Positions 21,117 to 28,846 of a DNA stretch of 64,000 bases are shown in pieces. Made by a program: the position numbers and the translations under genes. The stretch is from an uncultured delta proteobacterium (GTDB lineage: Bacteria; Desulfobacterota; Zymogenia; Zymogenales; Zymogenaceae). Within the stretch, counting starts at the first letter, position 1. Each line of letters opens with the position of its first letter. Location of the stretch: the NCBI GenBank assembly GCA_963848155.1, contig CAWKCL010000007.1, positions 9,363 to 73,362 of the forward strand. Direction: 5' to 3'. The notes below the pieces were generated by a model. That model did not search any database, was not told the origin of the DNA, and saw only the letters and a list, made by a program, of their open reading frames with translations.

Positions 21117-21692
21117 CTATTTATTTTCGGAAAGCCGCTTTTTGCACTCCTCGATATACCGCTTGGATTCTTCATCGTATCCAAAACCGGGGTATTTGGT
21201 GATTACGTCCTGGAATCGGAAGATTGCCGCGTTAAACTCATCTTTTTCAAAATAGTAGACGCCAACGTTGAAATTATAAAGGGCAAGTCTCTCGTGGCAC
21301 AGCCTGAGATAACTCATGGCGTTAGAGACGTATTTGCTGTTGGGGTACATGAGGATGAGTTGTGAGAATTTTTCGGCGGCGTGCTCCGTATTCGTTTGAT
21401 CCCGCCGTGTGTCTTCCGAGATCTTAAAATAGGACAAGCCCTCTCTGAACAGGGCGTAAGGGATGTTATCGTTGAGTGGATGCTTGACAATAAAATTCTC
21501 GTACGCAACGACCGCGCTGGCATAGTCTTCTTTAGAAAAATAATTCTCGGCGGTAGAGAGATCGGACTCGAGAACCGGGACCGGTTGGCTATCGTCCCTG
21601 ATGACGTTATCCGGTCCGCCGCCGCAACCGGCGAAGGCCACCGTAATAACGATGGAAAGGACTACCGCAAAGAATTTTCGATCATAGACCAT
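21117..21692 (-). CDS. bamD: outer-membrane protein assembly factor BamD-like lipoprotein
   Basis: Lipobox VAFAGC after a signal peptide. TPR-like helices with BamD-typical segments (AENYFSKEDYASAVVAYENFIVKHP, YALFREGLSYF, FSQLILMYPNSKYV, AIFRFQDVITKYP). Confidence 0.65.
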   Translation of the reverse strand: MVYDRKFFAVVLSIVITVAFAGCGGGPDNVIRDDSQPVPVLESDLSTAENYFSKEDYASAVVAYENFIVKHPLNDNIPYALFREGLSYFKISEDTRRDQTNTEHAAEKFSQLILMYPNSKYVSNAMSYLRLCHERLALYNFNVGVYYFEKDEFNAAIFRFQDVITKYPGFGYDEESKRYIEECKKRLSENK

Positions 21693-21847
21693 AGTGTTTC
21701 TCCCGTCTGTTTTTTTGTATATGCTTTTTTACGTTAACATTGAACGATCGGCTTTGTCAACTAAATTCCTTTCCGTCGGCCCGGCGCCGTAATCGCGACG
21801 TTGCGGTCAGCGTGCGTTGCCTGCCCAAACGGTAGGCATGAAGCCCC

Positions 21848-21873
21848 AAAAAAAAGGCCCCTCTCTAGGGGCC
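21848..21873 (-). terminator. intrinsic terminator of the XRE-family gene
   Basis: The plus strand reads AAAAAAAA-GGCCCCT-CTCT-AGGGGCC. On the minus strand this is a hairpin followed by a T8 run, 22 nt after the stop. Confidence 0.75.
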
Positions 21874-21894
21874 TTCTCATCACGCGTGTGGCGG

Positions 21895-22434
21895 CTATTT
21901 GCTCAGCTTCTGGAGCTGAAGTTGATCCGCGAGATACTCGAGGACCTTTTCCTGCACCTTGGAGGCAAGCAGTCGGAAGTTCGACAAAAGAACTACCTCG
22001 TCTCTATTTATCTTGGAGGGGTCGGCGTTTTTGTAGTCGCCGCCTGATTCCATAACGGTCATGACCTCCTGGGTGGAGCGTAACAGGTTTTCGGCTTCGA
22101 TGGCTTTTTCTCTCCATATCTCAATTTCATCGGCCATGTCTTTCATGACCTGTTCCTTGAATTCCTCTCCCTTTTCCATCAGCTGATCGTTTACCGTCTT
22201 ACCACGGAGAATCCATTCCATGGACGTATGGGAAAAGTCCGCGATCCGCGCAAGTATCGCGGATTCGGGAATCCTGTCTTTATTGAGATAGGTGGAGAGA
22301 GCCGCCGCGGTAATGTGGCACTTCTCGGCAAACTGGTACTGTTTGAGTCCCGATTTCTTAATCAGAAACTGAAGCCGATCCGATACCTCTTTCGGGCTGA
22401 TATTCAGGCGAGACTTTCTCTTCCTCTCTTTCAT
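21895..22434 (-). CDS. XRE-family helix-turn-helix transcriptional regulator with coiled-coil C-terminus
   Basis: HTH segment LKQYQFAEKCHITAAALSTYLNKDRIPESAILARIA, then charged heptad-like helices. ATG at 22434 (an alternative TTG is at 22449). Noticeably lower GC than its neighbours. Confidence 0.7.
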   Translation of the reverse strand: MKERKRKSRLNISPKEVSDRLQFLIKKSGLKQYQFAEKCHITAAALSTYLNKDRIPESAILARIADFSHTSMEWILRGKTVNDQLMEKGEEFKEQVMKDMADEIEIWREKAIEAENLLRSTQEVMTVMESGGDYKNADPSKINRDEVVLLSNFRLLASKVQEKVLEYLADQLQLQKLSK

Positions 22435-22466
22435 CTTTACACCGTTCAATAATGGTTAAATCTGGA

Positions 22467-22482
22467 TACAGTATACACTGTA
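22467..22482 (-). promoter_or_regulatory. inverted repeat TACAGT-N4-ACTGTA, candidate operator upstream of the XRE gene
   Basis: Lies 33-48 nt upstream of ATG 22434, inside a roughly 170-bp AT-rich stretch (22450-22620). Confidence 0.3.
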
Positions 22483-22847
22483 GTACAAAAAAAAACAAAA
22501 TTCACCTTTGCTACTTTAGATAGTATCATAGCGTAGAATGTCTGTAAAGAAAATAATGTATATATCATCGTAAATATCATAAGATTCTCTAAGACTGATG
22601 TGCATAATAGGCGATGCGAGGGAACGCCCGTCCCGACAAAAAAGCCATCGCGGAATAGGAGGCCGGCGTGTCTCCGGGAGGCTCCGTCCAGCACTAACGT
22701 CCGGGTGGCCGTCGCGCATCACGCGGGTTTTCTGCGGCTGTAAAAGGTGTTGGGCGCCTTAGACGTCGGCGGCAGGTCACACCTCCCGTGGGTGGAAAAG
22801 CGGCGACCCCCGGTGACACACGCAATGTGTCACCGGAGCGGGTGGTG

Positions 22848-23702
22848 CTATTGTGGGCGGCCCGCCCACTGTTCGATAGTCGGGTCCTTTCTGAGCTTCT
22901 TGAGGGCGCCTTCTTCGATCTGGCGAACACGCTCACGAGATATTTTGAACGTGTCGGCAATCTCGGCCAGCGTCTTGGGTTTGGGGGCCATGATTCGGTG
23001 CTTAATGATATAGCTCTCTTTTTCGTTCAGTAAGGTCAAGGACTTCTTGATATCAGTCTTGAGCCGTGCCGTCTCCTGTTCATCGATCAGGGTTGTCTCC
23101 TGGATCGGGTCCTCCGATACAAAATCGATGTAGGTTGTCTCGTCATCGTCCCCGACTGCGGCGTTCAACGAGAGATCACGGCCGGAGAGCCTGCCGCTCA
23201 TATCCCGAACCTCCTGGTCCTTCACGTGAAGTGTTTCTGCTATCGCGCTGACGTCTTCATCGGTAACGGTCTCGATTCCAAGCTTCTTCTTGACCTGCCC
23301 CATCTTGTAGAAGAGCTTCTTCTGCGCCTGGGTCGTGCCGATCTTGACGAGGCTCCATGACTTGATGATAAAGTTCTGAATATATGCCCTTATCCACCAG
23401 ACCGCGTATGAGATAAGCCGGTACCCTTTTTGGGGCTCGAACTTCTTAACGGCCTGCATGAGGCCGATATTCCCTTCCTGGATAAGGTCCATAATCCTGA
23501 GGCCATAATCGGCGTACTCATAGGCGATCTTTACTACGAAACGGAGGTTCGAAACGACCAGCTTGTGGGCCGCTTCGATATCGTTATGGTCCCGCCACCT
23601 CACGGCAAGGTCATATTCTTCTTCTTTCGTGAGGAGGGGAAACCGGTTTATCCGGTGAATATACAGCGCCAGGGCGCTCGTTTTTTCAGGAACAGTTTTC
23701 AT
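22848..23702 (-). CDS. rpoH: RNA polymerase sigma-32 factor RpoH
   Basis: Region 2 SNLRFVVKIAYEYADYGLRIMDLIQEGNIGLMQAVKKFEPQKGYRLISYAVWWIRAYI. RpoH-box-like TTQAQKKLFYKMGQVKKKL. Region 4 TLAEIADTFKISRERVRQIE. Confidence 0.88.
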   Translation of the reverse strand: MKTVPEKTSALALYIHRINRFPLLTKEEEYDLAVRWRDHNDIEAAHKLVVSNLRFVVKIAYEYADYGLRIMDLIQEGNIGLMQAVKKFEPQKGYRLISYAVWWIRAYIQNFIIKSWSLVKIGTTQAQKKLFYKMGQVKKKLGIETVTDEDVSAIAETLHVKDQEVRDMSGRLSGRDLSLNAAVGDDDETTYIDFVSEDPIQETTLIDEQETARLKTDIKKSLTLLNEKESYIIKHRIMAPKPKTLAEIADTFKISRERVRQIEEGALKKLRKDPTIEQWAGRPQ

Positions 23703-23764
23703 CCCCTATCTCCTTTCCCTGTTTTCGGGGTAGATATAGGACCTTCATGTCACTCAATATGCTG

Positions 23765-23791
23765 TTAGCACTCTACTACCATGAGTGCTAA
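23765..23791 (-). promoter_or_regulatory. CIRCE operator upstream of rpoH
   Basis: Exact TTAGCACTC-N9-GAGTGCTAA (TTAGCACTCtactaccatGAGTGCTAA), 63 nt upstream of the rpoH ATG. Confidence 0.9.
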
Positions 23792-23819
23792 TTATACGCC
23801 CCAAAAAAAATAAAATCAA
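23791..23819 (-). promoter_or_regulatory. sigma-70-type promoter of rpoH (TTGATT-17 nt-TATAAT) abutting CIRCE
   Basis: The minus strand reads TTGATT-ttattttttttggggcg-TATAAT. The last T of the -10 is the first T of CIRCE. Confidence 0.6.
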
Positions 23820-23948
23820 GAACATTTATTCATGCTCGACATCTTTTCAGTACGGGGTATTTCATTGACATTGCGCGCCCGTTAGTATACATTATTTATC
23901 AGCCACTAATTAAGATGTATAAGAACAATAAACGTTTCATCCCCGATA

Positions 23949-24924
23949 ATGAGATTCCTCAAGAAAGATACTACATCGCCCTTTGACTATCGGACCCTGT
24001 ACAAATACCTTCCCGATAAATACCGCCTTAAGGTCGGGCTTGCGCTCGGAAGTGGTGGTGCTCGCGGATTGGCCCACCTCGGGGTAATTAAGGCCCTGGT
24101 ATCTGCCGGCGTTAGAATCGAATTCGTCTCGGGTGCAAGTGTGGGGGCCCTCGTCGGAGCATTTCTCGCCGCCGGAAAGCTTGATCAACTCATAACGTTC
24201 ACCTCCTCCCTAACCCGGAAGGAATCCCTGAAGATGGCCGACGTAATGTTTCCCAACCAGTGGGCTCATCGAGGGCAAGAAGATCGAGCAATTCCTCCGA
24301 ACTAACCTCGGTACCATACGCATAGAAGATCTGGCGGTTCCTTTCGCGTGCGTCACGACGAATTACTATACCGGGCAGGAAGTGATCATTACAAAGGGCG
24401 ATCTGGTAACGGCCGTGCGGGCCTCCATATCCATTCCGGGGGTTTTTAAGCCGGTGGCTGTGGACGGTATGTTATTGTTGGACGGCGGCGTCGTTAATCC
24501 GGTCCCGGTGCAGGTGGTCAGGGACCTTGGCGCCGAGTATATCATCGCCGTGGATATCTGTCCCGAGGTCGCCAAGAAGATAACAATACAGCGCCCGATT
24601 ACGGATACCGGCCGGGCGGAAGGGAAGGCGAAGAATGACGAAATCAAGCTCCCCAACATTTTTGAGATAATCATGGGATCGATCGCTATCATGGAATCCC
24701 AGATCGTCGGTATGCGCATGAAGACCGAGTCCCCTGATATCATCGTCAAGCCGGCGGTGGACGATATCGGAACATACGACTTCCATCGATACCAGGAAGG
24801 GGTTCAGCGGGGGAAATCCGCGGCCGGTCCGGTTATCCCGAAGATATCGAGATATATCAGGACGTCAAAGAACCTGCCGACGAACATGTCGGAAACAAGG
24901 CCGGCCGACGGCACGTTAACCTGA
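23949..24924 (+). pseudogene. patatin-like phospholipase (RssA/NTE type), one frameshift
   Basis: Oxyanion GSGGARG, nucleophile elbow GASVG, then after the break (about 24258-24264) GLIEGKKIEQFL...ASISIPGVFKPV...LLDGGVVNPVP (catalytic Asp, DGG). Confidence 0.8.
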
Positions 24925-24966
24925 GATCGGTTTCGCTCAAACAGTATCCCATTTATAAGGAAAAAA

Positions 24967-25869
24967 ATGATCGGCAAGAGGACCCCGGGAAAGGAACAGG
25001 TGCTCTCGCGGCTTATCATCGAAAGCGCCGGTGAGATCGCCCAGCGGATAAAGGCCCAGGAGGTGTTCGTTATCCTGCAGGGACGGGACGACTACGAGCG
25101 GACGGCCGATCAGATCAAAAAGCTGAACGCCGTGCCGGTAGTGCGGGGAGAGGAATTCTTCCAGGAGGTATTGTCCGCCCACGGGAAGGCCCTCCAGGTT
25201 CCCGATATCAAACTGACCCGCATGGGCCAGATAAAGGTTGCGGTGATGCTTGCCATCTCCGGAAAGATCATCAAGTCGGGCGACCGGATCGTCTGCGTAA
25301 CGGGCGTTGCCTCCTTTGGAAACAACGACTCGATCGTGGTGATCGACACGGGAAAGGAATTTGAGATCTTCAGCTCCGCGAACCTGCTGGACATCCCGGA
25401 TTCGGTCCGTCCGGATGTCTTTGAAACGGTGCTTAAACTCGCCATGGAGCTCGCGGCACGCGGCAGGGAAGGAAAATCGGTCGGTACCATCTTCGTATTG
25501 GGGGATGAAGAGCGGGTGCTTCAGCTCTCCCGCCAGCTGATCATCAATCCCTTCAAGGGGTATTCCGAGGAAGAGCTGAGCATCCACGATCCCCAGCTTC
25601 GGGACGCGATCAAGGAGTTTTCGGCCATTGACGGGGCTTTCGTTATCAGGGGCGACGGCGTCCTGATCACTGCGGGCAGGCACCTCAACGCCGCTCTCGA
25701 GGACGAGGATATGCCCAAGGGGCTGGGGAGCAGGCACGTTGCCGCCGCCGGGATTACCTCACTGACCGACGCTATTGCGATAGTAATATCGGAATCCGCC
25801 GGGACACTGAGAATATTTAAGAAGGGCAGGGTCTTTATGGAGATAGAGCGGCCCCCGGTCGGTGCGTAA
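24967..25869 (+). CDS. diadenylate cyclase (DAC/DisA_N) domain protein with pyruvate-kinase-C-terminal-like N-domain (CdaZ-like)
   Basis: C-terminal half: GTIFVLGD, IDGAFVIRGDG, GSRHVAAAGIT, VISESAGTLRIF, matching DAC motifs (DGA, RHR-like, SE..G). N-terminal half ends IKSGDRIVCVTGVASFGNNDSIVVID, like the PK C-terminal domain. Confidence 0.7.
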   Translation: MIGKRTPGKEQVLSRLIIESAGEIAQRIKAQEVFVILQGRDDYERTADQIKKLNAVPVVRGEEFFQEVLSAHGKALQVPDIKLTRMGQIKVAVMLAISGKIIKSGDRIVCVTGVASFGNNDSIVVIDTGKEFEIFSSANLLDIPDSVRPDVFETVLKLAMELAARGREGKSVGTIFVLGDEERVLQLSRQLIINPFKGYSEEELSIHDPQLRDAIKEFSAIDGAFVIRGDGVLITAGRHLNAALEDEDMPKGLGSRHVAAAGITSLTDAIAIVISESAGTLRIFKKGRVFMEIERPPVGA

Positions 25870-25874
25870 AGCCC

Positions 25875-26810
25875 ATGAATATCGGTCGTCTCGTGCTTCC
25901 TTCCCGCCTGTTGGCCGCACCCATGGCGGGCGTCATCGACGTCAGTATGCGCATCCTCCTGATCCAGTACGGGGCCGGCATGGTCTTTTCGGAAATGGTG
26001 AGCGCTGAGGGGATAAGGAGGAATCAGAGGGGAAGCACGACCCTCGTAACCTGTCTGCCGGAAGAATCGCCGTGCGGCGTTCAGCTTTTTGGAAAGGATC
26101 CGTCGGCGCTGGCTGATGCCGCCCGATACGCCGAGGATCACGGCGCGGCCCTGGTGGACATCAACATGGGCTGCCCGGTCAAGAAGGTCGTTCGGCAGGG
26201 TGCGGGGGCGGCCCTCCTCATGGAGCCCGGGCTCTGCGGGCAGATCGTGGAATCGGTGGTGCGGGCGGTCAGACTGCCGGTGACAGCCAAGATTCGTGCG
26301 GGATGGGATACGTCTTCAATAAACTACCGTGAGGTTGGGGCGCGTCTGGCCGACTCCGGGGCAGACGCGGTGATCTTCCACCCGAGGACGGCCGTTCAGT
26401 TCTTTTCCGGCGCCGCCGACTGGTCGCTCGTAACCGACCTGGCAGGGCGCCTCCCGATTCCCGTCATCGGAAGCGGAGATATCGGGGGGTATCGGCAGGC
26501 GCAGGAGCGGATGTCTGAGACCGGGGCCGCCTTCGTCATGATCGGGAGGGCCGCGATGGGCCGGCCCTGGATCTTTTCGCCGGAGGCCGCGGACCCGGGA
26601 CGGGACGATCTCTACTCCATTATCGAGCGTCACCGGCAGCTCATCGAACAGCACTATCGGCCGCAAAAGGCGGTCTCGGTCCTGAAGCGGCACTGCACCT
26701 ACTACATACGGGGGTTGGCCGGTGCGGCGTCGACAAGGGCGGCCCTGATGAGCAGACAGACCACGGCGTCAATCATGGCGCTGATGAGCGATTATCTCGT
26801 GAGCGATTGA
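25875..26810 (+). CDS. dusB: tRNA-dihydrouridine synthase
   Basis: LAAPMAGVIDVSMR, VQLFGKDP, DINMGCPVKKVV (catalytic Cys), TAKIRAGWD, HPRT, GSGDI. Confidence 0.88.
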   Translation: MNIGRLVLPSRLLAAPMAGVIDVSMRILLIQYGAGMVFSEMVSAEGIRRNQRGSTTLVTCLPEESPCGVQLFGKDPSALADAARYAEDHGAALVDINMGCPVKKVVRQGAGAALLMEPGLCGQIVESVVRAVRLPVTAKIRAGWDTSSINYREVGARLADSGADAVIFHPRTAVQFFSGAADWSLVTDLAGRLPIPVIGSGDIGGYRQAQERMSETGAAFVMIGRAAMGRPWIFSPEAADPGRDDLYSIIERHRQLIEQHYRPQKAVSVLKRHCTYYIRGLAGAASTRAALMSRQTTASIMALMSDYLVSD

Positions 26811-26820
26811 CGGAACATAC

Positions 26821-28181
26821 GTGCAACAGATTCCCGAATCCCATGCAGACAGACAGGCGGTGATCTTTCAGCTGCCCGAAGATGCCGAGAAGGCGGTTGC
26901 GGAGGCGTTGGAGGGACAGAGGATTCTGGTCCGCCGGGAGTCGCACGTGGCCGGTCTGCGCCGCATCCTGAAAACTGACCATCCCGATTTCGTCTTTATC
27001 GGATCGTCCTATCTTCTCAAACGGGGCGAGACCCTTCTGTCGTCGATCAAAAAGGGGCGGCCGGATATTCCGATTATCATCGCCGTCGCCGATAAGGATC
27101 GAGAGCGCCTCCTCCCCCTGCTCGGGCCTCGAATGTCTCCGGTTTTGTCTATCAGCCCTACTACCAGAAGGAAATCCTTTTCGTCCTCTCCTCGGCCGGG
27201 CGGATGACCGTTTCGGATATACAGAACAGCATCGCCGGACAGTTGGCGGCACACCTCGGCAACGCCCATAAGGTCTTCATCGGGAAGTCCCGCAACGCTC
27301 AACAGGTACGCAGGGATACGGCGGCCGCACGTAAGGGTAGCGGTCACGTTCTGTTTGTCGGAGAGAGCGGAACGGGGAAGACCCAGTTGTCGTTCTGTGT
27401 CCATCTGAAGCCCGGTCAGCTGCCGGCCCCATTGAGTATCTTCGATCCGCTGGTTGAACAGAAGAAAAAGAGACGGAGCGTCTCCCTGTTTGATGATGCG
27501 TATCCGTCGGGTACGGTGATTGTCAAGAACAGCCAGCACCTGGGGACACGGGAGGCGGCGTCTATCGGGTCACTGCTCGATGCGGGCGTCAATCCCGGAC
27601 GGAAGGCTCCCCGGCTCATCGTCCACCACGACCCGGCCTCCGGCATCGTTGAGCGGTTCGATCGATCACGCTTTGCCCACGTGATCACCATTGAACCTCT
27701 TCGGGAGCGTCCGGAGGATATCGGGGCGATATTCGGTTATTTCGTAAACAGCTTCTCTGCTCTGTTCGGCAACCTAAAGATTTCGATAACCCCCTCCGCG
27801 CGAAGGATGCTCATGGGTTATTCATGGCCGAGGAACGTCCGCGATCTCATCGGGCTGGTCATTTTTCTCATGGTCACCGAGACCGGTGGTGTGATAGATC
27901 CGGTTTCACTTCCCGATTTCATCACGAGAAACGATCCCGATCCCCTGGGCAGGATATCACTGGAGCACCTTATCTCATCCAAACTAAAACCGATCGTTTC
28001 CCAGATCGATCTTGATCGAGTCGAAGGCCTCTACAACATAATCATGGCCAGGGTGGAAGTCCCCCTCATCAAGCTCGTGCTCGAACGAACCGATCGCAAC
28101 CAATCCAGGGCTGCAAAGATACTCGGCATCAACCGCAATACTCTCAAGAAGAAGATCGATGAGTACCGGCTCGGCAAATAG
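26821..28181 (+). pseudogene. degenerate NtrC-family protein (pseudo-receiver + crippled AAA+ + Fis-type HTH), one frameshift
   Basis: The REC-like N-terminus has Gly at the acceptor position (DFVFIGSS). Break in/near the C5 run at 27114-27118. Walker A GESGTGKT is present. Walker B is replaced (GTVIVKNSQHL), and there is no GAFTGA. PLRERPEDI, WPRNVRDL. C-terminal HTH AAKILGINRNTLKKKIDEYRL. Confidence 0.7.
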
Positions 28182-28209
28182 GGCAACCCGCCGGTTTCAT
28201 TGATTCCCC

Positions 28210-28238
28210 TTGACAGGGGGATTCCCGTTTTATATTAT
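28210..28238 (+). promoter_or_regulatory. sigma-70-type promoter candidate (TTGACA-17 nt-TATTAT)
   Basis: TTGACA at 28210-28215, 17-nt spacer, TATTAT at 28233-28238. GAGGAG SD and ATG 28265 follow. Confidence 0.5.
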
Positions 28239-28264
28239 TGACTCCCATGCATACAGAGGAGTCT

Positions 28265-28846
28265 ATGGATCCGGTTATTCGGGATGCGTTCATCGACTGC
28301 GCGCAGATTAAAAAGAAATTCGCGGAGACATATGAAAAGAAGATCGACGAGGTTGCCGAGCTGATCGTCAGCGCCTTCAAAGCGGGCAATAAGGTATTGT
28401 TGTTCGGAAACGGGGGGAGCGCGGCCGACTGCCAGCATATCGCCGCCGAATTTGTCAATCGTTTCAAGATTAACCGCCCGCCTCTGCCCGCCCTCGCGCT
28501 GACGACCGATACGTCGATTATTACCAGCATCGGGAATGATTTTGACTTTTCCGATATCTTTGTAAAACAGATCAAAGCTCTCGGGGCCAAGGGCGATATC
28601 GCCGTGGCCATCAGCACGAGCGGCAAGTCGCCCAATATTACCAAGGCGCTTGAAGCCGCCGCGAAGCTCGGGATCGTTACGATCCTCCTAACCGGCGGAG
28701 ACGGGGGGACCGCCCTCGATATGGCGACCCACGCTTTTGTCGTCCCGTCGAAAAATACGCCGAGGATCCAGGAAGTTCACATCGCCCTGGGCCATGTCCT
28801 GTGCGAGCTGGTGGACAATAAGCTCTTTCCGGGTGCCGACGCATGA
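28265..28846 (+). CDS. gmhA: SIS-domain D-sedoheptulose-7-phosphate isomerase (GmhA/DiaA family)
   Basis: LLFGNGGSAADCQHIAAEFVNRF, LTTDTS, AISTSGKSPNI, LLTGGDGG, RIQEVHIALGHVLCELV. Start placed at ATG 28265, because the -10 overlaps the 28238 ORF-track start. Confidence 0.7.
   Translation: MDPVIRDAFIDCAQIKKKFAETYEKKIDEVAELIVSAFKAGNKVLLFGNGGSAADCQHIAAEFVNRFKINRPPLPALALTTDTSIITSIGNDFDFSDIFVKQIKALGAKGDIAVAISTSGKSPNITKALEAAAKLGIVTILLTGGDGGTALDMATHAFVVPSKNTPRIQEVHIALGHVLCELVDNKLFPGADA

Noticed and set aside
22316-22330. Sigma-54-like TGGCAC-N5-GGCA motif
   Set aside because: The downstream element is not TTGC. The site lies inside the XRE coding region on the antisense strand with no gene downstream.
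22600-22870. GC-rich hairpin-rich non-coding stretch considered as SRP RNA, 6S RNA, RNase P RNA or tmRNA
   Set aside because: I could not find the diagnostic conserved motifs on either strand: the SRP GGAA/AGCAGC domain IV, the RNase P GAGGAAAGUCC, or the tmRNA tRNA-like ends. It is kept only as 'structured non-coding' in a finding.
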